Assembly: GCA_947591495.1 (NCBI GenBank) | Contig: CANQDG010000005.1 | Span: 3,387 to 67,386 of the forward strand | Length of the DNA: 64,000 nt | Source of the DNA: an uncultured Bacilli bacterium | GTDB taxonomy: Bacteria; Bacillota_I; Bacilli_A; ML615J-28; CAG-313 | Direction: 5' to 3' | Shown: one piece after another, positions 46,749-57,353 of the stretch | Position numbering within the stretch: position 1 is the first letter of the stretch | Layout: each line of letters starts with the position of its first letter | The notes under the pieces: generated by a model | Databases searched by the model: none | Seen by the model: only the letters and a program-made list of their open reading frames with translations | Told to the model about the DNA's origin: nothing | Position numbers and translations under genes: made by a program

Positions 46749-47528
46749 ATGCATTACATAACAAACATTTTCTCTTGGCAATCAGATAAAATATATGCTT
46801 TTAGCTTATTTCATTTATCAATTATTTTTTTAGTTATCGTTTTTAGCATAATTTTTATTTTTATTGGCAAAAAACAAAATCAAAAACAGATATCTTTAAC
46901 GGTATTCTTTTTTGGCCTTTTCTTTTTATTTTTAGAGATTTATAAACAATTATTTGTCAATGTTTTTGAAGGTGCTGATAGTTATCGTTGGTATGTTTTT
47001 CCTTTTCAACTTTGTTCAACACCTTTATATTTATGCTTGATTTATCCCCTATTAAAAGGGAAAGCTAAAAAATGTGTTTCTAACTATCTATCGCTATATG
47101 CAACGCTTGCGGGAATATCGGTAATGATTTGTGCTGATACTGTTTTATCAAGAGAAGTAACCATTTCCTTACAAACAATGCTTTGGCATGGCTCAATGAT
47201 TGTTTTAGGATTATATTTACTTACAACTAACAATTTAGGTAAAGATATCAATGAAATAAAATCTGCTATTTTTATTTTTAGTATCGTTTTTTGTATAGCA
47301 ATGCTTTTAAATGTAACGATAAAAAAGGTTAATCTACTTTACTTAAGCCCTTATTTTGATAACCCAATGGATTTCTTAAATAAAATAAGAGCAAAAACTA
47401 ATTGGTTTGTTTATGCGATGTCTTATGCGGTGGGTGTATCAATAGGAGCCTTTCTTGTTTGGTTAGTAGCTTATTTAATTCAAAAAATTAAAATAAAAAA
47501 AGAAAAGACTGTTAAAAACTTAGAATAG
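46749..47528 (+). CDS. Polytopic integral membrane protein (possibly YwaF/TIGR02206-like)
   Basis: About seven predicted TM helices. The family assignment is a weak recollection only. Confidence 0.55.
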   Translation: MHYITNIFSWQSDKIYAFSLFHLSIIFLVIVFSIIFIFIGKKQNQKQISLTVFFFGLFFLFLEIYKQLFVNVFEGADSYRWYVFPFQLCSTPLYLCLIYPLLKGKAKKCVSNYLSLYATLAGISVMICADTVLSREVTISLQTMLWHGSMIVLGLYLLTTNNLGKDINEIKSAIFIFSIVFCIAMLLNVTIKKVNLLYLSPYFDNPMDFLNKIRAKTNWFVYAMSYAVGVSIGAFLVWLVAYLIQKIKIKKEKTVKNLE

Positions 47529-47548
47529 TTTTTAACAGCCATTTTTTT
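47509..47548. terminator. Hairpin terminator overlapping the 3' end of the membrane protein gene
   Basis: Perfect 12-bp stem CTGTTAAAAACT / AGTTTTTAACAG, then CCATTTTTTT. Confidence 0.6.
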
Positions 47549-48197
47549 ATATTTTTTTGGTTATATTATCGATATCTTCACTTTTTGCAACAACGATAAT
47601 ATGATCATTTTCATTAAAAATATAATCAGGACCAGGTGATGAAATTAATTGACCATTATTTTTAATGGCAACAATATTAACATTATATTTTTTTCGCACA
47701 TTAACATCAATAATTGATTTATTTATCCAATCTTCTAAAATTGGAATTTCATAAATAGCATATTCTTGACCAATTTCGATATAATCAAAAACATTAGTAG
47801 CATTATGTTTAATCGCAAGCCGAATCGCCATATCATGTTCAGGATAAACGACTTCATCAGCCCCGATTTGTTTTAAAAATTTTGCTTGCATATCAACTGT
47901 TGCTTTAGAAACAATATATTTAGCTCCATACTCTTTTAATAAAGAGGTAATTTCTAAAGAAGATTGAAAATTATCACCAATTGTAACAAAGCATATATCA
48001 AAATTATTAATACCAAGTGATTTAATAACAGCGGGATTAGTACAATCACCAACAAAAGCATCAGTAAAATTACTCGACAAAGAATTGATAATGTCTTCAT
48101 TTCGATCAATAATCATTACATCATTACCTAGTTCAACTAATTTATTAGCAAGATGACGTCCAAAGCGTCCCATTCCAATAACTAATATTGATTTCAT
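47547..48197 (-). CDS. ktrA: K+ uptake system peripheral subunit KtrA (TrkA-N/TrkA-C)
   Basis: Rossmann motif ILVIGMGRFGRHLA. 216 aa. Directly downstream of ktrB. Confidence 0.85.
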   Translation of the reverse strand: MKSILVIGMGRFGRHLANKLVELGNDVMIIDRNEDIINSLSSNFTDAFVGDCTNPAVIKSLGINNFDICFVTIGDNFQSSLEITSLLKEYGAKYIVSKATVDMQAKFLKQIGADEVVYPEHDMAIRLAIKHNATNVFDYIEIGQEYAIYEIPILEDWINKSIIDVNVRKKYNVNIVAIKNNGQLISSPGPDYIFNENDHIIVVAKSEDIDNITKKI

Positions 48198-48210
48198 ATT
48201 TGTTTTCTCC

Positions 48211-49573
48211 TTAACCTATTAAAATTTTTTCTGTTGGACGTTTTAACAATTCATCATCTTTTTTATTAAAGATAAAGACAATCGAAATTACCCCAATTCG
48301 TCCAATATACATAAGCATAATTAAAATTAATCTTGATAAAATACTTAAAGAACTAACATCAATGCCATTAGACATCCCAACAGTTGCCATCGCAGAAGTC
48401 GTTTCATAAAGAGCTTGACTTAAAGTTACATCCTTTTCAACCGCTAAAATAATAATAGAAGAAAAAATAATGGCAAATAAAAATAAAGTAATAATGGCAC
48501 TAGCTTGTTTAATTAAATTATTTTCTAATTGTTTTTTACCAATAACAATAGTAGTTCGTTCTTTACTAGCAAAAATAATACTTAAGATGGCAACGACAAA
48601 AGTAGTTGTTTTAATTCCTCCGGCAGTCGATCCAGGACTTCCTCCAATTGCCATCAAAAAGATGGTTAAAATTGTGCTAGAAGCAGTTATTTGAGAATTA
48701 TCAATTGTATTAAAGCCGGCTGTTCTAGTCGTAACGCTTTGGAAGAAACTTGCTAAAATCTTTTGATCAAGAGAAAGTGGACCTAAAGTATTAGGATTAT
48801 CTTTTTCAAAAAGAAAGAATAAGAAAGCTGGAATAACAATTAATAATAAAGTAGTAGATAAAACAATTTTTGTATGAAGATGCATCTTTTTAAAAGAAAG
48901 CTTAACATCGATAATATTAGACCAGACAAGAAAGCCAAGCCCTCCGGCAATAATTAGTAACATAATAGTAAGATTAACAACATAATCACCGACAAAAGGT
49001 GTTAATGAAGCAAAATCACCAAAGCCTCCCATTAAATCAAATCCAGCATTACAAAAAGCCGAAATAGCATGAAAGATGGAAAAATAAATACCTTTGCCAA
49101 AGCCAAACACTGGAATAAAGCGGGTAGCTAGTAATAAAGCGCCAATCCCTTCGAAAAGTAGGGTTGTTTTAATGATTCTTCGCATTAGATTTAAAATCCC
49201 ACTTTTACTAATCGATCCTGATGCTTGCATGAGAATCTTTCGTTCATAAAGGTTAATTTTTCGTTTAAGAAAAATTCCAATATTACTTAAGATTGTCATA
49301 AAACCAATTCCACCGATTTGAATTAATATAAGAATAATAATTTGACCAAATAGATTGAAATGATTAAAAGTGTCATAAGCAACTAAACCAGTAACACAAG
49401 TTGCAGAAGTTGCCGTAAATAAGGCATTAATATAATCTGTGGAGTTAAGGTCTTTACTTGCTATAGGAAGTGATAAAAAAATACTACCGATAATGATAAC
49501 AATAAAAAAACTTAAAGCAATTAATTGAGTAGGATTGATTTTTTTTATTAATCTTTTCGTAAAATATCACCAC
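48211..49573 (-). CDS. ktrB: K+ transporter membrane subunit KtrB; the 5' end needs a frameshift or a non-canonical start
   Basis: TrkH-family P-loops (ATCVTG, IQIGGIGF, TAGFN, GGSPGSTAGGIKT). Homology continues 87 codons upstream of the track ATG (49299) with no ATG/GTG/TTG in frame. A GTG at 49573 is one base out of frame across a homopolymer at 49539-49546. Confidence 0.8.
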
Positions 49574-49756
49574 TTTTCTTATCAATCATTATATCATATT
49601 TAGGAATAAAATTCAATTAATAGATTAATGTTAAAGAATAATCTCTAAAATCTTAAATATAATGTTAAGATAGAATGAAATTAAGGCAAGTATTATTAAG
49701 GTTTAATAATTGGTAAAAAAATGGAAGATGTAGTATAATAATAATAGGGTGGAACA

Positions 49757-50497
49757 ATGCGTAAAGATGAATTATATAATTTAATAAAAAATAAAAAAAT
49801 GCCTACTCATATTGCTTTTATTTTAGATGGTAATGGCAGGTGGGCTAAAAAGCGGGGTCTTCCTCGTAATGTTGGCCATCAAAAAGGGGCCGCAACTTTA
49901 CAAGAAATTGCCAAAAGCTGTAATAAACTGGGAATACCATATATGAGTGCTTATGTTTTTAGCACAGAAAATTGGAAAAGGCCCCAAGAAGAAGTCAACT
50001 ATTTAATGGAGGCCGTTAAAAAACTTTGTTTAGATGCTGAAAAATTAGTTAAAGAAAATATTAAATTAAAAATTATCGGAACGCATGATAATTTAACTAA
50101 TGATCTTATTGAAGCAATCGATTTAGCTGTTGCTAAAACATCTAATTGTAGCGGAATGACATTAATTTTAGCTTTTAATTATGGGGGAAAGCAAGAAATG
50201 ATTGATTGTGTGAAAAAAATTGCTCAAAAAGTTGAAAACAAGCAAGTTGCAATTGATGATATTGATGAAAAGATAATTGAAGATAATCTTTATACGAAAA
50301 ATATTCCACCAGTTGATTTTTTAATTAGAACTAGTGGCGAGGCAAGAATTAGTAATTTTTTACTTTGGCAAATTGCTTATGCTGAACTTTATTTTCCTAA
50401 AATATATTGGCCAGATTTTCATACTAAAGAGTTGTATGAGGCCATTAATGAATTTCAAAATCGACATCGCCGCTTTGGTGGATTGGAGGAACAATAA
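49757..50497 (+). CDS. uppS: Undecaprenyl diphosphate synthase (isoprenyl transferase)
   Basis: HIAFILDGNGRWAKKRGLPR, RTSGEARISNFLLWQIAYAELYF. Confidence 0.93.
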   Translation: MRKDELYNLIKNKKMPTHIAFILDGNGRWAKKRGLPRNVGHQKGAATLQEIAKSCNKLGIPYMSAYVFSTENWKRPQEEVNYLMEAVKKLCLDAEKLVKENIKLKIIGTHDNLTNDLIEAIDLAVAKTSNCSGMTLILAFNYGGKQEMIDCVKKIAQKVENKQVAIDDIDEKIIEDNLYTKNIPPVDFLIRTSGEARISNFLLWQIAYAELYFPKIYWPDFHTKELYEAINEFQNRHRRFGGLEEQ

Positions 50498-51405
50498 TGA
50501 AACAACGTGTTATCACAGCTATTTTTATGGGAATTATTTTTATACCATTTTTCTTTTTAGGTGGATGGTTTGCGACTATTTTCTTTAGTGTTTTAGCATA
50601 CATTGGTACATATGAATTATTATCAATGTATCATACAAAAAATCTAATACCTAAAGTATGTAAGTATGTTTTACCACTTTTTGCGGTTATGGTTGTGCTT
50701 TTTGGATCTATTAGTGAAACTTATGATATTGCCTATTTATTATTAGTTGAACTTGCTTTCTTACTTATCATGCCAATCTTTAATAAAAATATTAAAGCAA
50801 AAGATGTAATGTTTTTCATCTTTGCTATTATTTATAGTGGACTTTCTTTCTTACTTATTTTAAAAGTTCGTAATATTGAAACTCTTTATTCAGATCAAGT
50901 AAAAGTGCAAGTTTTTCCTAACTTTGATATTTATTTTACTGGTTTAATTTTATTTGCCTTTGTGCTTATTACGACAATGCTAACAGATATTGGGGCATAT
51001 CAAATAGGAGTTAAATTTGGTAAACATAAATTATGTCCAACAATTAGTCCTAAAAAAAGTATTGAAGGTTCGATTGCGGGAACAATTATTGGTGCTTTAA
51101 GTGGAACTCTTTTTATGAGTATTTTAAATTTAACTTTAAAGGAACCATATCAAAGTGCAATTAAGCTTTTTAAGATAGAAAATAACTATCTTTATGCTTT
51201 AGCAGTCTTTGGTATTGCGCTTTTACTTAGTATTGCTGGTCAACTTGGTGATTTAATAGCTTCTAAAATTAAAAGAGAATACGATATTAAAGATTATGGT
51301 AAAATTTTTCCTGGTCATGGTGGCGTATTAGATCGCTTTGATAGTAGCATTTATAGCTTTTTAATTTTTGTGATAATTTTAATGATAATGGGAGTGAATA
51401 TTTAA
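50497..51405 (+). CDS. cdsA: Phosphatidate cytidylyltransferase
   Basis: SPKKSIEGSIAGT and GHGGVLDRFDS signature. Overlapping start/stop with uppS. Confidence 0.9.
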   Translation: MKQRVITAIFMGIIFIPFFFLGGWFATIFFSVLAYIGTYELLSMYHTKNLIPKVCKYVLPLFAVMVVLFGSISETYDIAYLLLVELAFLLIMPIFNKNIKAKDVMFFIFAIIYSGLSFLLILKVRNIETLYSDQVKVQVFPNFDIYFTGLILFAFVLITTMLTDIGAYQIGVKFGKHKLCPTISPKKSIEGSIAGTIIGALSGTLFMSILNLTLKEPYQSAIKLFKIENNYLYALAVFGIALLLSIAGQLGDLIASKIKREYDIKDYGKIFPGHGGVLDRFDSSIYSFLIFVIILMIMGVNI

Positions 51406-52562
51406 TGAAGAATGTTTTATTGCTTGGGGCGACAGGTTCAATCGGCACTCAAGTTTTAGATGTTATTCGGACGAATGCTGAATATTGTTTAAAAGCTTTT
51501 AGTTTTGGAAACAATATAGAAAAAGCTAAAAAAATTATTGAAGAATTTAAGCCAACAATGGTATGTGCTTCTCATAGTTATGATATTGATACACTAGAAG
51601 AAGAATATCCTGATATTGAATATGTCATTGGTGATATAGGTTTACAAACGCTTGTCAGTTATGATGTTGAAAATCCCGTTGTTATTAATGCATTAGTTGG
51701 TGCGGTTGGGCTAATGCCTACGGCTGTTGCTATTGATAATGGTCGAGATGTCATTTTAGCTAATAAAGAAGCTTTAGTTATTGGTGGCGAAATCATTATG
51801 CAAAAAGCTCAAGAAAAACATGTAAAAATTATTCCAATTGATAGTGAGCATAGTGGTTTATTTCAATTATTAGAAGGAAAGAATAAAGAAGATATTAATA
51901 AATTAATTATTACAGCTAGTGGTGGGGCATTTCGCGATAAAACCAAAGAAGAATTAGCAACTGTTACAAAAGAAGAAGCTCTAAATCATCCTAACTGGCA
52001 AATGGGTGATAAAATTACCATTGATTGTGCCACTATGATGAATAAAGGTTTTGAATTAATTGAAGCTCATTATTTATTTGATCTTGATATCGATAAGATT
52101 GAACCAATTCTTCATCGTGAAAGTATCGTTCATGCTATGGTTGAATTTAAGGATGGATCAGTTTTTGCGCAAATGGCAACATCAGATATGCATTTGCCTA
52201 TTCAATATGCTTTAGAATATCCGCATCATTTAAAAAATGACTTAATTCAAAAACTAGACTTAACTAAAGTGGGCAATTTACATTTTGAAGAATTATCATA
52301 CGAAAGATATCCTTTAGTAAAAGTTGCCAAGGATGCTTTAAAAGCCGGCGGATTACAATGTACAATTTTAAATGCGGCTAATGAAGCGGCAGTTAAATTG
52401 TTTTTAGAAGAAAAAATTAGTTTTGTTGAAATTGAAAAAATTATTATAAATGCTTTAAAAAATCCAAAATATCAAGGATTTAATGAAGGAGCAGTTAATT
52501 TGATGAAAATTATGACTCTTCATGAAATGGTTTATAATGATCTTTATTATCAATATTCTTAA
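51405..52562 (+). CDS. dxr: 1-deoxy-D-xylulose 5-phosphate reductoisomerase
   Basis: LLGATGSIGTQ, LANKEAL, PIDSEHS, NHPNWQMG. Confidence 0.95.
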   Translation: MKNVLLLGATGSIGTQVLDVIRTNAEYCLKAFSFGNNIEKAKKIIEEFKPTMVCASHSYDIDTLEEEYPDIEYVIGDIGLQTLVSYDVENPVVINALVGAVGLMPTAVAIDNGRDVILANKEALVIGGEIIMQKAQEKHVKIIPIDSEHSGLFQLLEGKNKEDINKLIITASGGAFRDKTKEELATVTKEEALNHPNWQMGDKITIDCATMMNKGFELIEAHYLFDLDIDKIEPILHRESIVHAMVEFKDGSVFAQMATSDMHLPIQYALEYPHHLKNDLIQKLDLTKVGNLHFEELSYERYPLVKVAKDALKAGGLQCTILNAANEAAVKLFLEEKISFVEIEKIIINALKNPKYQGFNEGAVNLMKIMTLHEMVYNDLYYQYS

Positions 52563-52574
52563 AAGGAGAGTTAT

Positions 52575-54203
52575 ATGACTAATGTATTATGGATAATTTT
52601 AGGAATTATTGTTTTTATCATTGTAATGGGAATTTTGGTTTTGGTTCACGAGGCAGGTCACTTTCTTGTAGCCAAAAAAGCTGGTATTTTATGCCATGAA
52701 TTTTCCATTGGAATGGGACCAGTTATTTTCCAAAAGAAAAAAGGTGAAACAGTTTACTCAATTAGATTATTTCCCATCGGTGGTTATGTTTCAATGGCTG
52801 GTGAAGAAGTTGAAGACAATATATTAAAAGGTGTTCAAAAAGTTAAATTAGTAATAAATGAACAAAATATTGTCGAAAAAATTATTGTTAATTTAGAAAA
52901 TCCTAAATATGCTGATTTACCAATCTATGATGTAGTTAGTTATGATTTAATTGGAACTAAAGATACTTTAGAAGATGAACTATTCATTGAAGTTAAAAAT
53001 GAAGAACAAGCAATTAAATATGTTGTTAAAAGAGATTGCTTAATCAACTTTGAAAAAAAGGTTGAAATCCAAATAGCTCCATATGATCGTAATTTTGTTA
53101 ATAAACCATGGGCTAATCGTTTCTTAAGTGTTCTTGCTGGACCATTAATGAATATTGTTTTAGCTATTGTTATTTTCTTTTTATTGGGACTTTTTGTTGG
53201 ATATGCTGATACTAAACATACCGAAATTGGGGAAGTATCTATTGTTGAAAACTCGGGCAATGATCAATTAAAAGAAGGCGATCGGTTAACTTCCATTAAT
53301 GGTATCCCATTAACTGATTGGAATAGTATTGGTGATGCTTTAGCCCAAGTTGATTTAGCTAAAACTCCTCAAATTGCCTTAAAGGTTGAAGGAAGAGAAG
53401 AAACAATTTACATTAATCCAAGTGTTTTTGTTTACTCAATTGAAATGGCCTTTAAAGTTGATGGCACTGATGAACCAATTGTTGGGGAATATTCTGCTAG
53501 CAATGAAAAAACAAAAAGTTATAAAAGTGGCCTTCGTAAAGGTGATAAAATTATTAAAATTGAAGCAGGTCAAAAGATTTTAGATACTAATATTACCAAA
53601 TCAAGTATTTTAGCTTTTTTCAATAGTCCAGAGCTTGAAGAAGGTCAAGATGTAAAAATTACATATGAAAGACTTGATGAAAATAACGAACTTAAAGAAG
53701 GTAATGCAACGATTGAAGTTTATAGTAAACAATTACTTGAAACCCAAGATATCCCCGCAACCAAAATTCAAATAGGAATCGTTTGTGCTAATGGCTTTAA
53801 CTTTGGTAAACTTTTATATATGCCTTTTGTTCAAACTGGTGAATCATTTACAATGATTTTTAAAACCCTTGGCGCTTTATTTACGGATAAATCAGTCGGC
53901 ATTGATGATTTAAGTGGACCAGTTGGTATTTTTAATTTATTGACCGAAGCTACTAAATCAGGTATTCCAACTATTCTTAATTGGATGGCTATTCTTAGTG
54001 TTAATTTAGGCTTTATGAATATTATTCCCCTTCCAGCACTTGATGGTGGACGTCTTGCTTTCATGTTATATGAAAAAATTGCTCGCAAAAAACCAAATGC
54101 TAAAGTCGAAAATATTATTCATACAATTGGCTTTTTATTATTAATGTTATTAATGATTTTTGTTAGTTTTAATGATGTCTTAAGGTGTATGGGTTGTAAA
54201 TAA
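52575..54203 (+). CDS. rseP: Site-2 intramembrane zinc metalloprotease RseP/RasP
   Basis: HEAGHFLVAKK (HExxH), PDZ-like segments (KEGDRLTSINGIPL, RKGDKIIKIE), C-terminal NIIPLPALDGG. Confidence 0.88.
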   Translation: MTNVLWIILGIIVFIIVMGILVLVHEAGHFLVAKKAGILCHEFSIGMGPVIFQKKKGETVYSIRLFPIGGYVSMAGEEVEDNILKGVQKVKLVINEQNIVEKIIVNLENPKYADLPIYDVVSYDLIGTKDTLEDELFIEVKNEEQAIKYVVKRDCLINFEKKVEIQIAPYDRNFVNKPWANRFLSVLAGPLMNIVLAIVIFFLLGLFVGYADTKHTEIGEVSIVENSGNDQLKEGDRLTSINGIPLTDWNSIGDALAQVDLAKTPQIALKVEGREETIYINPSVFVYSIEMAFKVDGTDEPIVGEYSASNEKTKSYKSGLRKGDKIIKIEAGQKILDTNITKSSILAFFNSPELEEGQDVKITYERLDENNELKEGNATIEVYSKQLLETQDIPATKIQIGIVCANGFNFGKLLYMPFVQTGESFTMIFKTLGALFTDKSVGIDDLSGPVGIFNLLTEATKSGIPTILNWMAILSVNLGFMNIIPLPALDGGRLAFMLYEKIARKKPNAKVENIIHTIGFLLLMLLMIFVSFNDVLRCMGCK

Positions 54204-54688
54204 TGAAAAAATTACTTTTATTATTAGTTTTCATTTTCTTAAGTTTTATGACATTAGGTTGTAAAAGGAGCCTTAAATATCAATATGTTGGGGCCTATGT
54301 TAATTTAGTCGAAAATAACAGTCCTAATATTGATGATGAAAATATTAAAATATATTATGATTTTAATACTAATACAGTAACCGAATATGATCGAATATGG
54401 CAATATGGCATTAGAAATAAAACGACTTATCGTAATATTAATGATGTAACTCATGTTTATGATTTTACTCTATCGTTTGATTTATATGGTGATTTGGATT
54501 CTTTGCGGATTTATCCCATTATATATAAAGCTAAAGATGATAAATATCAAATTATTACTGATGAATATATTGATTTAGAATTACAATTAGATGTAGCAAA
54601 AGTTGCCGTTATTAGTAGACAATATCGTTATAATAAACAAGATTATACCGTAAATGCTCGAATAAGAGTAACAAAGAAAGAAGGGTAA
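54203..54688 (+). CDS. Hypothetical lipoprotein (161 aa)
   Basis: Lipobox MTLGC. Start overlaps the rseP stop. Confidence 0.55.
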   Translation: MKKLLLLLVFIFLSFMTLGCKRSLKYQYVGAYVNLVENNSPNIDDENIKIYYDFNTNTVTEYDRIWQYGIRNKTTYRNINDVTHVYDFTLSFDLYGDLDSLRIYPIIYKAKDDKYQIITDEYIDLELQLDVAKVAVISRQYRYNKQDYTVNARIRVTKKEG

Positions 54689-54691
54689 AAA

Positions 54692-55828
54692 ATGAAAGGA
54701 TTTAAAAATACTTGGATTATAACAGAAGAAGGTTTAGTAAAAACAAGCCTAACTTATGATGATAAATTTCAAACTATTGGTCAAAATGAAGAAGGACTAG
54801 AAGAATTACCAGAAGATTATATTGTTGTTCCAGGCTTTATTGATGAACATATTCATGGGGCAGCTGGAAGTGATGCGATGGATGGCACTAAAGAAGATTT
54901 AGCTAAAATTGCGAAAGCTCTTGCAAGTGAAGGTACCACCGCTTTCTTAGCAACTACAATGACACAAAGTCCTGAAAATATTATTTCAGCTTTAAAAGCC
55001 GTTAAAGATTATATGGAAGAAGCACCTACTAATGGGGCTGAAATCTTAGGTGTTCATCTTGAAGGACCATTTATTTCCAAAGATTTTGTGGGTGCACAAC
55101 CAATTGAATATGTAGCCGCACCTCAAGTTGAAACTTTTAAAAAATATCAAGCGGCATCAGGTAATCATATTAAGATTGTTACGCTTGCTCCAGAAGTTGA
55201 ACATGCCGAGGTTTTAATTAAATATTTAAAAGATAATCATATTATTGCTTCAATTGGCCATACTAATGCTAAATATGAAGATGTATTAAGAGCTGTTAAA
55301 GCAGGAGCAACAAATGCTACTCATACCTATAATGCAATGAAACCACTTCATCATCGTGAAATAGGTACGGTTGGTTCCGCTTTCCTTTTCGATGAACTTA
55401 CCTGTGAATGTATTTGTGATGGTATTCATGTAAGTGCACCAGCCATTAAATTATTATATAAAAATAAACCAGTTGGTAAAATGGTTTTAATTACTGATGC
55501 AATGCGAGCTAAACATATGCCTGATGGTATATCCGAATTAGGTGGTCAAGTTGTTATTGTTAAAAATGGTGAGGCACGCTTAGAAAATGGCACTTTAGCT
55601 GGTAGCGTTTTGAAAATGAATAAAGCTGTAGCTAATGTTGTGAAGTTTTTAGATTTACCACTCGCTGAAGTAGTTAAAATGGCATCATTATATGTTGCTA
55701 AAAATTTAGGTGTTGATGATACTTTAGGTAGTATTAAAGAAGGTAAAAGAGCCGATTTTGTTATTCTTGATAAAGAATACAATGTTGTTAAAACCGTTCG
55801 TGCTGGCCAAGTGATTTTTGAAAGATAA
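54692..55828 (+). CDS. nagA: N-acetylglucosamine-6-phosphate deacetylase
   Basis: VPGFIDEHIHGAAG, HLEGPFIS, IGHTNA, THTYNAM. Confidence 0.92.
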   Translation: MKGFKNTWIITEEGLVKTSLTYDDKFQTIGQNEEGLEELPEDYIVVPGFIDEHIHGAAGSDAMDGTKEDLAKIAKALASEGTTAFLATTMTQSPENIISALKAVKDYMEEAPTNGAEILGVHLEGPFISKDFVGAQPIEYVAAPQVETFKKYQAASGNHIKIVTLAPEVEHAEVLIKYLKDNHIIASIGHTNAKYEDVLRAVKAGATNATHTYNAMKPLHHREIGTVGSAFLFDELTCECICDGIHVSAPAIKLLYKNKPVGKMVLITDAMRAKHMPDGISELGGQVVIVKNGEARLENGTLAGSVLKMNKAVANVVKFLDLPLAEVVKMASLYVAKNLGVDDTLGSIKEGKRADFVILDKEYNVVKTVRAGQVIFER

Positions 55829-55833
55829 TTAAT

Positions 55834-55877
55834 AAAAGACACATTAATTGAAACCAATTTGATTAATGTGTCTTTTT
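55834..55877 (+). terminator. Intrinsic terminator after nagA
   Basis: 15-bp stem AAAAGACACATTAAT / ATTAATGTGTCTTTT followed by T. Confidence 0.75.
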
Positions 55878-55948
55878 AGAATAAATTAACAAAAAATATT
55901 TGCTTTTTAAAAAAAGATGATATATAATAAAAGAAAAGGAGTTAATCT

Positions 55949-56656
55949 ATGAAAATGAATTTTAAAAAAATGTTTGCCATTATTTGGGCAATTATCTTAG
56001 TAACTTATAATGCTTTATTATTTTTAATAGTTAGTTTAGTTCATAAAGATTTTTTGACTAATAATCATTTTTGGCTAATTTATAGTTGTATGATGATTGC
56101 CTTTCTAGTTCAAATCTTTATTGTTATGTTTAGTAAACAAACAGCATCAGGTGGACTTAATTTTTCAATTATAATTGCTAATTTATATTGGCTAATTGTT
56201 TTTGTTGTTACAACGATAATGTTTTGCTTTGTTAGTAAAATAAATAATACAATTATTTTTATCGCCTTTATTTTAATAACTTCAATATGTGCTATTTTTG
56301 GTATTTTTTTCGAAAGCAATAGACGACAAATTAATGCTAATACGATAGGTGCTGAAGAAGTATTTAAAATTGAAGATTTAAAAGATTATTTAACTAAATC
56401 AAATGAAAATTATAGTGAATATGCTCATAAAATTATTGATGATATTATTTTAGAAGTTAGGGATATTACTTCTGTTGAAACATCTGAAGAAATTAAAAGT
56501 TTAGATAGAAGAATTATAGAATATGCAAAATTTATCAAAAATGATGCTTTAAATGGTAAAGATTTAGATATTGAATACAATTTAAACCAACTAAATAAGT
56601 TGTTAAGAGAAAGGAAAGCATTAATTGCGAAATTAGATAATGCTGAAAATAATTGA
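55949..56656 (+). CDS. Hypothetical membrane protein (4 TM plus cytoplasmic helical tail)
   Basis: Hydrophobic N-terminal half and a charged coiled C-terminal half. Its stop overlaps the ABC ATPase start. Confidence 0.55.
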   Translation: MKMNFKKMFAIIWAIILVTYNALLFLIVSLVHKDFLTNNHFWLIYSCMMIAFLVQIFIVMFSKQTASGGLNFSIIIANLYWLIVFVVTTIMFCFVSKINNTIIFIAFILITSICAIFGIFFESNRRQINANTIGAEEVFKIEDLKDYLTKSNENYSEYAHKIIDDIILEVRDITSVETSEEIKSLDRRIIEYAKFIKNDALNGKDLDIEYNLNQLNKLLRERKALIAKLDNAENN

Positions 56657-57353
56657 TTATTCTAAAACTTATAATAAAAATCAATATGCGGTAAGACATT
56701 TGAATCTAGAAGTTGAAAAAGGTGATTTGTTTGCTTTTATTGGCCATAATGGTGCTGGAAAAAGTACGACCATTAAATCGATTGTTGGAATCTTACCATT
56801 TGATGAAGGTGACATTTATATTGATGGTATGTCCATTAAAACAAATCCCGTAGAATGCAAAAAAAAGATTGCCTATATTCCCGATAATCCTGATTTATAT
56901 GATTCTTTAACAGGCATTCAATATCTTAACTTTATAGCCGATGTCTTTAAAGTAGATATTGAAAAACGTCAAGAAATTATTAATAAGTATAGTAAAGAGT
57001 TTGAAATATATAATGACTTAAATAATATGATTAGCACTTATTCTCATGGTATGAAACAAAAACTAGCTATTATTTCAGCCTTTATTCATGAACCTAAATT
57101 ACTTATTTTAGATGAGCCTTTTGTTGGGCTTGATCCTAAAGCAAGTTTTTTAGTAAAAAAAGCAATGATTGATTTTTGTGAAAAAGGTGGAGCTATTTTC
57201 TTTTCCACCCATGTTTTAGAAGTAGCTGAAAAACTATGTAATAAAATTGCGATTATCAAAAAAGGTGAGTTGATTGTTAGCGGTAAAATGGAAGATATAA
57301 CTAAATCAGCTAGTTTAGAAGAAGTCTTTATGGAGCAATTAAACAATGAATAA
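56640..57353 (+). CDS. ABC transporter ATP-binding protein (ABC-2 type)
   Basis: Walker A GHNGAGKST, signature YSHGMKQKL, Walker B LLILDEPFVGLD. Confidence 0.88.
   Translation: MLKIIDYSKTYNKNQYAVRHLNLEVEKGDLFAFIGHNGAGKSTTIKSIVGILPFDEGDIYIDGMSIKTNPVECKKKIAYIPDNPDLYDSLTGIQYLNFIADVFKVDIEKRQEIINKYSKEFEIYNDLNNMISTYSHGMKQKLAIISAFIHEPKLLILDEPFVGLDPKASFLVKKAMIDFCEKGGAIFFSTHVLEVAEKLCNKIAIIKKGELIVSGKMEDITKSASLEEVFMEQLNNE

Noticed and set aside
48470-48694. 74-aa plus-strand ORF inside ktrB
   Set aside because: It is antisense to the conserved TrkH-family sequence.
52800-53085. Apparent insertion after the HExxH motif making RseP unusually long (542 aa)
   Set aside because: As I recall it, B. subtilis RasP has a comparable segment between TM1 and the PDZ region. 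The extra length here is most simply a second PDZ-like unit, so it was not pursued.
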